DNA of 64,000 nucleotides from Bdellovibrionota bacterium (GTDB lineage: Bacteria; Bdellovibrionota_C; UBA2361; JBGSMV01), in the NCBI GenBank assembly GCA_044356455.1, contig JBIKWF010000002.1, positions 511-64,510 of the forward strand, given 5' to 3'. The notes below the pieces were generated by a model. The model saw only the letters and a program-made list of their open reading frames with translations, ran no database searches and was not told where the DNA came from. The translations under genes and the position numbers were made by a program. The first letter of the stretch is position 1, and each line of letters opens with the position of its first letter. Of the stretch, positions 47,652 through 56,959 are shown piece by piece.

Positions 47652-48158
47652 TTAACCAGTCGCAAGAATCGCCTCGATATCCCACCGATCAACTTCACGG
47701 CCTAACAGCTTCTTATATGCGACCAGGTCGTCACGTGGCATGACCAAGATCTCAATGCCTTCGAATATCATTCTTTCAGATTTTGAAAAATCGATAGTCT
47801 GCTCAACCCACTTCTTCGAGGTTGTATCAAATATCTTGGCGCCAGGCGAAAGCCCGAACTCGATCTTCTGACCTCTGAACTTGATCTGAAAATACTCGAT
47901 ATCCCAAACGTCCTCGACATAGTGCTTAAGCGGCTTAGTAAGGTAATCCTGCATCTCAGAAGCTAATCGAGCACCACAGGAGGCGGGAATATACATATCT
48001 ATGTCGGCTATTGGTCTCTTCGCTCCAAACACTCTGGCCGCGAGACCGCCAACAACCTGATACGGAATACTTAGATTCTCTAATTTCTCCACCACCCACT
48101 CAAGGGCCGCGGACGTCTTCCGATTAGCTTTGATCATATTCATCTTCAAACTAGCCAA
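47652..48158 (-). CDS. Small nucleotidyltransferase (Pol beta superfamily) protein
   Basis: YQVVGGLAA...RPIADIDMY (hGG...DxD); LVAYKKLLGREVD. Confidence 0.75.
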   Translation of the reverse strand: MASLKMNMIKANRKTSAALEWVVEKLENLSIPYQVVGGLAARVFGAKRPIADIDMYIPASCGARLASEMQDYLTKPLKHYVEDVWDIEYFQIKFRGQKIEFGLSPGAKIFDTTSKKWVEQTIDFSKSERMIFEGIEILVMPRDDLVAYKKLLGREVDRWDIEAILATG

Positions 48159-48397
48159 TCGGAGTGGACAAGGAGTTGCCGTGCCGCACCTCCCACGTTA
48201 CTCAACATGCAATTGGTCGCATGAGGATTATACCAGATTTGTGGCACGCGATGAGGTAGCGTCGCTCCCCAAAGAATCAGTAAAGAATTCAGAGGAGAAT
48301 CCTACCATCTTCTGCCCGACCAGATTTCCATTGATGGACTATTGCTCGACAATCGGAATCGGTTCTGTGAAGATCTACCGCATCGGAGGTGATTCTC

Positions 48398-49555
48398 ATG
48401 TCGGCGCCGCAGCGAATTGTCGTCAAACTTGGAACACAGGTTGTCGTAGATCAGTCAAATGGCACAATGGCGCTACCAAGAGTTTGTGCTGTCGTAGATG
48501 ACATCGCGGAACTCAGGCGTCAGGGTAACGAGGTAATCCTCGTATCGTCCGGGGCGGTCGGTTTAGGACGACAGGCGCTCAAGCTTTCAGGGACACTTCA
48601 GCTCCATGAGAAGCAGGCCTGCGCAGCTGTTGGTCAAGCTCGCCTCATGGATCTCTACAGCAAGCTGTTCGATGTGTATTCACTAACTGTCGCTCAGATA
48701 CTTGTGACCGCACATGACTTTACTGATCGGACCCGCTACCTAAACCTTCGAAATACCTTTGAACGACTGCTCGAGTTCGGAGCCATCCCGGTCGTGAATG
48801 AAAATGACGTTGTTTCAATCGCTGGCATCGTCGATCGTGACCAGCGTAAGAGCTTTGACGATAACGACAAGCTCTCCGCCCTGGTAGCTGGGAAGCTTGA
48901 AGCTGATACGCTCATCATCCTGACAAATGTCGATGGAGTCTTCACCAGCAATCCGGAACAGGTTGATCGCTCAAGTAAAGAACCTCCCCCTGAACTCATA
49001 CGGGAGATTCGCTCGGTGAGCGAACTGGGAGCTGTCGATAGCCGTGGGCAATCCTCCCTTGGACGCGGTGGGATGACCTCGAAGCTCGAAGCCGCCAAGG
49101 CAGCCTCTCTTTGCGGAGTGAAGACGATTATATCCTCAGGATTTGCCTCAACTCCCGTGCGCCGAGCTCTCGATGGCCAGGCCGGAACATCGGTTCATGC
49201 ACATGGCATCCTCCGGGGCCGTAAGCGTTGGATCGGAACCTCTTCTGGGTATTCCGGAATCGTCACCGTCGACGATGGAGCAAAGCAGAGACTTCTTGAG
49301 CAGCGCTGTAGCCTCCTTCCCGTCGGAGTACTCCGCGTGGGAGGAAATTTTGAGGCTGGTGACGTGGTAAGCGTCGAAGATTCCCAAGGGCGCGAGTTCG
49401 GGCGCGGGCTGGCAGGGCAATCCTCTGCCACGCTCCGAAAGATCGTGGGTAGCAACTCCAGCACCGCGCGCGCGTTTCTTTCGGCCGAGGAAAAGGAAGA
49501 AACAATTCACCGCGACAACTTAGTTCTGTTTGAGGAGGCTCCTCTTGATTCGTGA
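48398..49555 (+). CDS. proB: Glutamate 5-kinase
   Basis: VVKLGT, VSSGAV, PVVNEND, DNDKLSA, GGMTSK, PUA domain, IHRDNLV. Confidence 0.96.
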   Translation: MSAPQRIVVKLGTQVVVDQSNGTMALPRVCAVVDDIAELRRQGNEVILVSSGAVGLGRQALKLSGTLQLHEKQACAAVGQARLMDLYSKLFDVYSLTVAQILVTAHDFTDRTRYLNLRNTFERLLEFGAIPVVNENDVVSIAGIVDRDQRKSFDDNDKLSALVAGKLEADTLIILTNVDGVFTSNPEQVDRSSKEPPPELIREIRSVSELGAVDSRGQSSLGRGGMTSKLEAAKAASLCGVKTIISSGFASTPVRRALDGQAGTSVHAHGILRGRKRWIGTSSGYSGIVTVDDGAKQRLLEQRCSLLPVGVLRVGGNFEAGDVVSVEDSQGREFGRGLAGQSSATLRKIVGSNSSTARAFLSAEEKEETIHRDNLVLFEEAPLDS

Positions 49556-50846
49556 GAAGATTTTAGAACTTAAACAGGCCTCTAGACAGCTAGCCGTCAG
49601 TCCAGCTGTCCTTCGCGATGAGTTGCTTATCAAGCTTGCGGACGCACTTACCGCACATGAAGCTACAATTATAGCCGCGAACGCGCGTGACCTCTCCGAG
49701 AACGAGGGCACATTGGCACCAGCGCTCTTTGAACGACTTAAACTCACCTCGAGCAAAATGAAGAGCGTCGTCCATGGCATTCGTTCATTGGCGGCAATGC
49801 CCGATCCCCTTGGAGCAATTGCACTTCGTACGCAGCTGGACGAAGGCCTTTTGCTTGAGCGCATCGGGGTTCCCCTTGGCGTAGTTGCGGTGTTTTTTGA
49901 GTCCCGCCCTGATGTTCTTCCGCAGGTAGTCGCGCTCGCGCTTCGAACGGGCAACGGGTTGATTCTCAAGGGAGGAGTTGAGGCTACCCACACCAATAGA
50001 GCTATGATTAAGGTGATTCAAGAGCTCTTTGAACGCGACGGACGGGCCTCTCCTAAGTGGGTGCTCCTACTTGAGGGACGCGAGGCTGCGCAAGAGATCC
50101 TGCATTACGATGATCTGATTGACCTTGTTATTCCACGCGGGAGCTCAAGCTTCGTAAGGTATATTCAGAACAACAGCAGTATTCCCGTGCTCGGTCACGC
50201 TGCAGGCGTGTGTCATCTGTACCTGCATTGCTCCGCGGATATTGATCAGGCTATTCAAGTCGTGATTGATGCCAAAACTCAGTATCCCTCCGCATGTAAC
50301 GCCGTAGAAACTATTTTGGTGGATCAGGCCTGCGCTGCGAAAGCTATTCCTCGGCTTGCCGCGGCACTTCGCTCAGCACAGGTTCGAATCCGCTGCTGCG
50401 CTCAAAGTGCCGCACTACTACCAGACGCCGAAGTCGTCTCAGATTCGGAGTGGTCAACGGAGTATGGCGACCTCACGGTAGCGGTGCGAATCGTTACAAC
50501 CATCGACGAGGCAATTGAGCACATTAATCGATATGGCTCACATCACACCGATGGAATTCTTGCTAATGATCGAAATGCCGAGGACCAATTCTTGCGCGAA
50601 GTCGACTCTGGGTCCGTGCTCACTAATTGTTCGACCCGATTCGCAGATGGATTTCGTTATGGTTTTGGAGCTGAGGTTGGTATCAGCACTGGACGCATTC
50701 ACGCCCGCGGCCCCGTCGGGCTTGAGGGGCTGCTCACCTACAAATACCTCCTTCGGGGCAATGGCCATCTTGTTGGGTCATACGTCGGACCACAGGCACG
50801 CCCTTTTCAGCATCAAAAACTAGGCGTGCGTCCCGTGGAAAGATAA
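49545..50846 (+). CDS. proA: Gamma-glutamyl phosphate reductase
   Basis: VPLGVV..FESRP, SACNAVET, STRFADGFRYGFGAEVGIST, HARGPVGL; TTG start after GAGGAGG. Confidence 0.96.
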   Translation: MIREKILELKQASRQLAVSPAVLRDELLIKLADALTAHEATIIAANARDLSENEGTLAPALFERLKLTSSKMKSVVHGIRSLAAMPDPLGAIALRTQLDEGLLLERIGVPLGVVAVFFESRPDVLPQVVALALRTGNGLILKGGVEATHTNRAMIKVIQELFERDGRASPKWVLLLEGREAAQEILHYDDLIDLVIPRGSSSFVRYIQNNSSIPVLGHAAGVCHLYLHCSADIDQAIQVVIDAKTQYPSACNAVETILVDQACAAKAIPRLAAALRSAQVRIRCCAQSAALLPDAEVVSDSEWSTEYGDLTVAVRIVTTIDEAIEHINRYGSHHTDGILANDRNAEDQFLREVDSGSVLTNCSTRFADGFRYGFGAEVGISTGRIHARGPVGLEGLLTYKYLLRGNGHLVGSYVGPQARPFQHQKLGVRPVER

Positions 50847-51123
50847 TTCTTCATTTGTGACCACGTGGGGGCTCTCAACTTTGGGAGGTGCTTCGCCCAT
50901 CGGCTACGACGCGCCTCGTCTGCGGGCCTTAGGCGTAACGTAATCAGCGCGGAGACGGGACGGCGTTAGCTAGAGAAGGCAGAAGCCTATCTGTAGTTTC
51001 AGTCGCTTAGTCGGGGCGTGGATTACTTATACTTGGCGAGGGGGCATGCCTACTATACCCCCTCCGCATTAAGCAGTTTCGCAAGGTTCACGGCCCCTTC
51101 TGCGCTACAATCAAGAAGCTTCA

Positions 51124-51221
51124 TTTTCCACACCCCAGGATGCGCGGCAATCTTAATAAAAACAAATGGTTACCCAGGTTATCCACGCTCTTCTTTGGCG
51201 CTGTTGAAAACTTGTGTAGAA
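51124..51221. promoter_or_regulatory. Cluster of DnaA-box-like 9-mers with an IHF-like site
   Basis: TTTTCCACA 51124, TTATCCACG 51179, TGTTGAAAA 51202, TGTGTAGAA 51213; AAACAAATGGTTA 51160-51172. Confidence 0.4.
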
Positions 51222-51302
51222 GCAACTCTGGCCCTTCGCCGGAATAGTATCTAAACACTTTGTGACCCAGCGGCTTGGGCACGTTAGATTTAGTTTAAGA
51301 GG

Positions 51303-51638
51303 ATGGTCATGGACAATAATAGCTCTGGCAACGACGCAAACTTCTTCGAGAAATTTGGTCTTGAGGTCGCCTCGGGCGAGGTTGAGATAGGGCAGACCTA
51401 CCCAATCTACGGCATGATCACCAAGGTTCTTGATGATACCCCAGGTCAGGTCATCGTTGAGCTTAACTTCTCAATCAGGGCCACCATGGCTATCCCCGAC
51501 AAGGACAAGATTGAACTCCTCAAACAACGCGCCTTTGAACCTGGTATCTTTGTTTCGACGGTGGTCAACAAGGAAGATGGCATCAAAGTAGACTGCAGCA
51601 CGGTCGTTTTTGGTCGCCGCCAGCAATATAACGCATAA
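51303..51638 (+). CDS. Hypothetical small beta-rich protein
   Basis: AGAGG RBS; downstream hairpin; protein-like composition. Confidence 0.75.
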   Translation: MVMDNNSSGNDANFFEKFGLEVASGEVEIGQTYPIYGMITKVLDDTPGQVIVELNFSIRATMAIPDKDKIELLKQRAFEPGIFVSTVVNKEDGIKVDCSTVVFGRRQQYNA

Positions 51639-51710
51639 GGCCTTAAATATACCGACGACTTGCTTGCCCTAAAAGCTTGCCTTTTAGTCCAGGAGTCCTT
51701 GAAGATAGAG

Positions 51711-51750
51711 AGAGGAGTTCGGCGAGCATACTCGACGAGCTCCTCTTTTA
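51711..51750 (+). terminator. Terminator-like hairpin
   Basis: AGAGGAGTTCG...CGAGCTCCTCT followed by TTTA. Confidence 0.55.
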
Positions 51751-51918
51751 GTTCTTAACGTAAAACAGCCCACTTCCGAACCCGCGCTAAGCAGCGCCAA
51801 GATGGATAACTAGTAGTTCGGCAGAGAGGAGATCGGTTGTTCTTAAAGTAGGGAAGCGTTAACTCTAGGGGTCTCGCATTTTTGCACATGGCCTTGCCGC
51901 CAAAGAGCACTGTCACTT

Positions 51919-52677
51919 ATGAGTACTGAGCAGCCTGATACAAATGTTACCGCCCCCCTATCCGCAGGTGTCGCAACCCCCTCCGATGTAACTTCTGCTA
52001 GTACACCCTCCGTGGGCTCAACTCCGATTCAATCAGCCACCACGAGCGCTTCACTTAATGGCTCTGCCCCTGGAGAGGAAGCCTCTCCCGTCAACCCAAG
52101 CGCAGCTCAAGAAGTTATCTCCTTCTTTAAAACACTCGCTATCTTTTTAGTGATTGCTTTCTTATTACGGGCATCAGTTGTCGAGGCTTTCAAAATTCCC
52201 TCCGGCTCGATGATTCCCACTCTTAGAATTGGGGACCATATCCTCGTCAGCAAGCTTTCCTATGGGATTAGGCTCCCTTTTGTTACTCACTTCGTTTACC
52301 AATTCGCAGAGCCCCAGCGAGGGGATATTGTAGTTTTCACACGGCCGGATGAGCCTGACACCAACATCATTAAGCGCGTCATAGGAGTCCCGGGGGACCT
52401 TATCGAGGTACGTCAAACCAAGCTCTTCGTGAATAACCAGCTTCAATACGAACCCTACGCGCGCTATGAGCTAAATGGGATAAAGAACTTTGGACCCGAA
52501 CGCGTTCCAGTTGGCCACATATTCATGATGGGGGACAACCGCGATCATTCCCGCGACAGTCGTTTCTGGGAAGAAACACCCTGGCTAGAGATTCAGCGCG
52601 TCAAAGGCCGAGCTTTGATTATCTATTGGTCTTGGGATCCTTCGTGGCGAGATAGGCTTGGGAAGTTAGTGAGATGA
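51919..52677 (+). CDS. lepB: Signal peptidase I
   Basis: IPSGSMIPTL, RGDIVVF, IKRVIG, MMGDNRDHSRDSR. Confidence 0.95.
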   Translation: MSTEQPDTNVTAPLSAGVATPSDVTSASTPSVGSTPIQSATTSASLNGSAPGEEASPVNPSAAQEVISFFKTLAIFLVIAFLLRASVVEAFKIPSGSMIPTLRIGDHILVSKLSYGIRLPFVTHFVYQFAEPQRGDIVVFTRPDEPDTNIIKRVIGVPGDLIEVRQTKLFVNNQLQYEPYARYELNGIKNFGPERVPVGHIFMMGDNRDHSRDSRFWEETPWLEIQRVKGRALIIYWSWDPSWRDRLGKLVR

Positions 52678-52686
52678 GGCCTCGCC

Positions 52687-52732
52687 CTTAGTGGTTTTTA
52701 ATACCAACCACTAAGACCACAGAGACCACTAA
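52687..52732. repeat. ACCACTAAG-type hairpin interrupted by element A
   Basis: CTTAGTGGTT...AACCACTAAGACCACAGAGACCACTAA, then the element A terminal repeat. Confidence 0.8.
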
Positions 52733-52864
52733 GGAACCTCTGAAAAACTCCCCCTCCGCGTACTCCGCGTTATGCAATACTTTTAAAGTAACGCGGAGGA
52801 CGCTGAGTACGCGGAGGAAAAACAGGACAGTGGAAGGTCGATTTTTAGTTTTTTCAGAGGTTCC
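52733..52864. mobile_element. MITE-like element family A (CGCGGAG hairpin cargo)
   Basis: CTAA|GGAACCTCTGAAAAA...TTTTTCAGAGGTTCC|CTAA, perfect 15-bp TIR; arms CTCCGCGTACTCCGCGTTA and TAACGCGGAGGACGCTGAGTACGCGGAG. Confidence 0.9.
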
Positions 52865-52943
52865 CTAAGGGGGAAATCTTTTAAAGGCTCCTTGTGAGTA
52901 TCTCTAAGGCCCCCGAACCGATAAGGCCAGCGGAAGTTTAAAA

Positions 52944-53855
52944 ATGAAATCACAACCTCTCTCTTTTTTTTCAATACCGACCGCTCTTACCTTTCGCGTC
53001 GAAGGCAAAGACGCCCCGCGCTACCTCAATGCTCGTCTCTCAAATGACATAAAATCGCTCATTCCAGGGTCGACCTGCCGTGCAGCCATGCTCACCGCTC
53101 AAGGACGAACGCAGGGGCTCTTTCGAGTACTCGCCCTCCCAGGCGGCGCGTACCTTCTTATTTGCGACGGAGGAGACCAGGGCCAAGTACTTGCGGCTTT
53201 TAAAAAATTCATCGTAGCCGACCGAGTCACTGTGAGCGACCTCTCGGGTGAGCTTGCGATATTGCATATCGCAGGAGAGCTACCCGAGTCCCCGGAATAC
53301 AGCGCTCTCACACCTAAGTCTCCCTCCCATGTTGCCCTGGAGGGGGAGAGTTATTCAGTTATCTCTGAGCGTGGAGGCGCGGGCGGCCTCGATTGGCTAA
53401 TGCCCGTGACGAAAGCGAAGGAAGCTACGACGTCTCTACTTGCGTCCGGCGCGAAGGAGCTGTCCTTAGAGGAGGCAGAACTGCTGCGCCTCACCTCAGG
53501 GATCCCAAGCTTCCCCCAAGAACTTAACGAGGAAAGCCTTTTTTCTGAATCAGGGATCAAGGATGCACTCTCCTTTAGAAAAGGCTGCTACGTTGGCCAA
53601 GAAGTAATTGAAAAAGTCGATGCAGTCGGGAAGCTCTCGCGTAAGCTTGTTCATCTTTGCTTCCAAGGAGATACGCCTCCAACTATTGGCGAATCCATAA
53701 CCTACGCCGATGCCGTCGTGGGGAAGCTCGTCTCAATTGCCCTAGACCGTGCAGCTCATCGTAGTTTTGGCTTTGGCACGCTCAAGAACCTGAGTGACCT
53801 CACCCCCGGAAGTCGGGTAGACTGCGCTGGAATCAAAGGAGAGCTTCTCACATGA
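52944..53855 (+). CDS. ygfZ: Folate-binding protein YgfZ
   Basis: SFRKGCYVGQE signature. Confidence 0.9.
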   Translation: MKSQPLSFFSIPTALTFRVEGKDAPRYLNARLSNDIKSLIPGSTCRAAMLTAQGRTQGLFRVLALPGGAYLLICDGGDQGQVLAAFKKFIVADRVTVSDLSGELAILHIAGELPESPEYSALTPKSPSHVALEGESYSVISERGGAGGLDWLMPVTKAKEATTSLLASGAKELSLEEAELLRLTSGIPSFPQELNEESLFSESGIKDALSFRKGCYVGQEVIEKVDAVGKLSRKLVHLCFQGDTPPTIGESITYADAVVGKLVSIALDRAAHRSFGFGTLKNLSDLTPGSRVDCAGIKGELLT

Positions 53856-54331
53856 AAGTTACTGCGTGGTTTGCCTCATTTGCCATTATCGCCGCGACTC
53901 TTCTGGCAACTCCCCTCTATGTAACGGCCGAGCCACTCGCGCCTGCGAAGGAGGCGATTGCGAAAGAGATATTTTTTGAGGTTGTAAGTCCCTTTTGTCC
54001 TGGTCGCTCACTGAACGACTGCCCTTCAAGCTCGGCTGTCGAACTTAAAAACGAAATCCGTGGCATGGTTGAAAAAGGGATTGCCCGCGAGGAAATAATC
54101 AATTCTCTCGCGGGACGCTACGGAGAAAACATCAGGGCCGTTCCCGCGAAAACTGGGTTCCAGTCCCTTGCATGGGCAGCACCAGTGGTTTTCTTAGTAC
54201 TAGGCGGAGTTATTTTCACGATTTGGCTTTCTAGCCGCGCTACGCAGAGCGACTCAGCATCACCAGCCACGCCCGCTACTCCACTCGACCCAGAAATGCA
54301 AAAGAGAATCGACCAAGAACTTCATAAATAG
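53852..54331 (+). CDS. ccmH: Cytochrome c biogenesis protein CcmH-like
   Basis: SPFCPGRSLNDCPS, RYGENIRAVP, WAAP followed by a TM; ATGA overlap with ygfZ. Confidence 0.75.
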   Translation: MKVTAWFASFAIIAATLLATPLYVTAEPLAPAKEAIAKEIFFEVVSPFCPGRSLNDCPSSSAVELKNEIRGMVEKGIAREEIINSLAGRYGENIRAVPAKTGFQSLAWAAPVVFLVLGGVIFTIWLSSRATQSDSASPATPATPLDPEMQKRIDQELHK

Positions 54332-54362
54332 AGATATCATTTCTCGCCTGAGGATTGAACAT

Positions 54363-55646
54363 ATGAGCATAGGGCGCCCTCATGTCATAACGACCTGTTG
54401 GGTGCTCGCCATTTTCATCGTCGGCATACCTCTTTATCTTTTTGAACCAAGCCGCGCCGTGCTTGGCGATTTCTCTGTTTATTTTGAAGCTGCGCAAAGA
54501 GTCCGAAACTTAGAGAATCTTTACGACCATAGCTATTCGATTCGTGTCGCAGACGGACGCATCTTCACCCTCTTCTATTTTTACCCTCCGTTTCTTGCAC
54601 ACTGGCTAAGCTTCTGGGGGAACCTCTCTTTTGAGAATGCCAAGCTGCTGTGGGTGTCCTTAAGCTTTGCCAGCCTTATTGCTTCGAGCTGGTGCCTGTC
54701 GGATATCTTTCAGAGACTAAGACCCGGTGCGCTGAAGTCTGAAACTTCGCTGTGCCTATTTTTGTCGCTCGTACTTTGTTTTGAGCCCACGTATTGGGGA
54801 ATCAAAGAAGGACAAGTAAATGCAATCATTTTGGCCCTGATTACTGGCCACATATGTCTCTTTCTACGGCATAAAGATGGGCCTGCGGGAGCAGTTCTCG
54901 CAATTGCCGCTCTGCTAAAAATGAGCCCCTTTCTTCTCATCCTCCTTCCTCTTCGGCTTGGTCGATGGAGGGTGATACGATCTTTTGCAGCAACTGGACT
55001 CCTCGCCGCCCTCTTTCTTCTCGCGACGACACCGCTCTCGGTCTATCAAGATTTCCTCATCCCCTTTGGCCCACTTCTCTCAGGGACTCTTGAGCGGCAT
55101 TACTTTTTTAATTTTGCCTTCGACAAAGCAGTCCTGCAGCTCTTCAGCGCAGATCAAAGCACGGCACTACGCTTCACCATAAAGCTCCTCTTGGGCACGC
55201 TCCCCCTCGTAGTTGCAGCTCTGCCGCTCACGAAAGGCAAAGAGGCTCAAGACACTCTCATTCGTTACGGCATGCTGACCACTTCCATGATACTGCTGGC
55301 ACCTACACTCTGGGGACACCATCTGGTGTGGGCGCTTGTACCTCTTTGTATTCTTGCAGGCCGAAGCTTTCCCACCAAAGACCTACAGCTCCGTCACCTC
55401 ACGTTTACCCTTGGGCTGTTTGTTTTATTTTCCCAAGTGCTGCTCATACAACTTCAGAGCTGCCGAGCGGTATTCCCAGGGCAATGTAATCCTAATCAAC
55501 GAGGCTCTGAGATAGTATCTTTCGTAGGCGCAGGAGCTCCTGAAATCCTTTTGCATCTCACGTCAGCACTTCCAGGAGCGCTCCTACTGGCGCTAATCGC
55601 CCTGCTATGGAAGTGGAGGAAAGAGGAGGGGAAAAGCTCTCCTTAG
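54363..55646 (+). CDS. Glycosyltransferase family 87 (DUF2029) membrane protein
   Basis: GDFSVYFEAA, YFYPP, EGQVN, LLKMSP, WGHH. Confidence 0.85.
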   Translation: MSIGRPHVITTCWVLAIFIVGIPLYLFEPSRAVLGDFSVYFEAAQRVRNLENLYDHSYSIRVADGRIFTLFYFYPPFLAHWLSFWGNLSFENAKLLWVSLSFASLIASSWCLSDIFQRLRPGALKSETSLCLFLSLVLCFEPTYWGIKEGQVNAIILALITGHICLFLRHKDGPAGAVLAIAALLKMSPFLLILLPLRLGRWRVIRSFAATGLLAALFLLATTPLSVYQDFLIPFGPLLSGTLERHYFFNFAFDKAVLQLFSADQSTALRFTIKLLLGTLPLVVAALPLTKGKEAQDTLIRYGMLTTSMILLAPTLWGHHLVWALVPLCILAGRSFPTKDLQLRHLTFTLGLFVLFSQVLLIQLQSCRAVFPGQCNPNQRGSEIVSFVGAGAPEILLHLTSALPGALLLALIALLWKWRKEEGKSSP

Positions 55647-55711
55647 TGGTCTCTGTGTTCTTAGTGGTTGTTTTAATAAACCACTAAGAACACAGAGACC
55701 ACTAAGGAGAG
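55637..55711. repeat. Perfect 33-bp-stem free palindrome between convergent genes
   Basis: CTCTCCTTAGTGGTCTCTGTGTTCTTAGTGGTT-GTTTTAATA-AACCACTAAGAACACAGAGACCACTAAGGAGAG; contains the TAG stop of the GT87 gene. Confidence 0.92.
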
Positions 55712-55720
55712 GGGTGATTT

Positions 55721-56590
55721 TCATCCGAAGAACTGCACATCGGCGACGATAAGGAAAAAGAGCAGCGGCAAGTACACCACCGTAGTCCTTAGCAGCCGCC
55801 TGGCATCCTCTATCGATTTAGAGCGCCGAAACATCATGGCGACCGCAAGGGAAGTAACCCCAAGAACTATTGCGCCAAAAGCGTATAGCCAACTTGCGGT
55901 CCCCGTAAGAATTGGAAGCATTGAAACAGGTATGAGAACTATCGAATAAAGAAGAATTTGCCGGAAGGTTCGAGTTCCTTCAGGGGTATCAATCGCAGGT
56001 AGCATCTTAAAGCCAGCCTGCCGGTAATCATCTCGGTAGATCCACGCAATGGAATAGAAGTGCGGGTGCTGCCAAACAAAGAGAATGAGAAAAAGAACCC
56101 AGGCCCCAACACCAAGCTCCCCCGTCGCAGCAGCCCAGCCGCCCATCGGAGGAAGAGCCCCAGGAATTGCGCCCACGAGCGTGTTCATCCAGGTAATGCG
56201 CTTGAGAGGAGTATAGATAACCACATAGAGAAAGCAGGTAAGTAGCGCGAGGAAAGCAGTAAGCAAGTTCACCTTAACGGCAAGAAGACTGACGCCGCCG
56301 AGAACCATCAGCACTCCATAGGTAAGCGCCTGACTTGGGCTGAGAAAACCAGTAGGGAGTGGGCGATCGCACGTGCGAGCCATGCGCGCATCAACGTCGC
56401 GCTCCACAAGACAATTGAGAGCCGCAGCTCCAGCGCAGCTCATGAAGGTTCCAAGCAAGGTAATACCCAGAAGCGGCCAGGAGACAATTCCATTTCCGCC
56501 CATAAAGAACCCAAGGGCGGTGGTCACCATAATGAGGGAGCCAATTCTTGGCTTAGAAAGCGAGAGGAAAGCGTCTAAGGTTTTATTCAT
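55721..56590 (-). CDS. cyoE: Heme O synthase (protoheme IX farnesyltransferase)
   Basis: LSKPRI, ERDVDARMARTCDRPLP, YTPLKR, WQHPHF, DYRQAGFKMLP; start set at MNKTL. Confidence 0.95.
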   Translation of the reverse strand: MNKTLDAFLSLSKPRIGSLIMVTTALGFFMGGNGIVSWPLLGITLLGTFMSCAGAAALNCLVERDVDARMARTCDRPLPTGFLSPSQALTYGVLMVLGGVSLLAVKVNLLTAFLALLTCFLYVVIYTPLKRITWMNTLVGAIPGALPPMGGWAAATGELGVGAWVLFLILFVWQHPHFYSIAWIYRDDYRQAGFKMLPAIDTPEGTRTFRQILLYSIVLIPVSMLPILTGTASWLYAFGAIVLGVTSLAVAMMFRRSKSIEDARRLLRTTVVYLPLLFFLIVADVQFFG

Positions 56591-56779
56591 AACTACTGCC
56601 CTTGTAGCGCACCTTTGCCCTACTTGCCAAAGGGTCGGCTCAAGAAAGACAGGAGGTAACCTCGCAATATTGCGATGTTTTTCTTTAGAAGCACGCCGTC
56701 CGTGCCCATTGAAATCATGGGAGCTAGGACGCGAGGTTGCTCGGCGTACCACACAAAAATTTACCTAAGACACTATCCG

Positions 56780-56868
56780 ACCACAAAGGACGCTAAGGAC
56801 GCAAAGAAAGCTCGATAAAAACTAGCAATTTCAACTTGTTCCTTTGTGTCCCTTGCGTCCTTTGCGGT
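56780..56868. repeat. 9-bp-periodic palindrome with arms in the opposite order
   Basis: ACCACAAAG GACGCTAAG GACGCAAAG ... CTTTGTGTC CCTTGCGTC CTTTGCGGT. Confidence 0.8.
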
Positions 56869-56959
56869 GAAAACATTCCGATGCCCTACATGACAGATGA
56901 CACTTCGTTACCACCTGAGATACAACACCGCCTAAATCTCGCTCTCAAATGGAGTTTCT

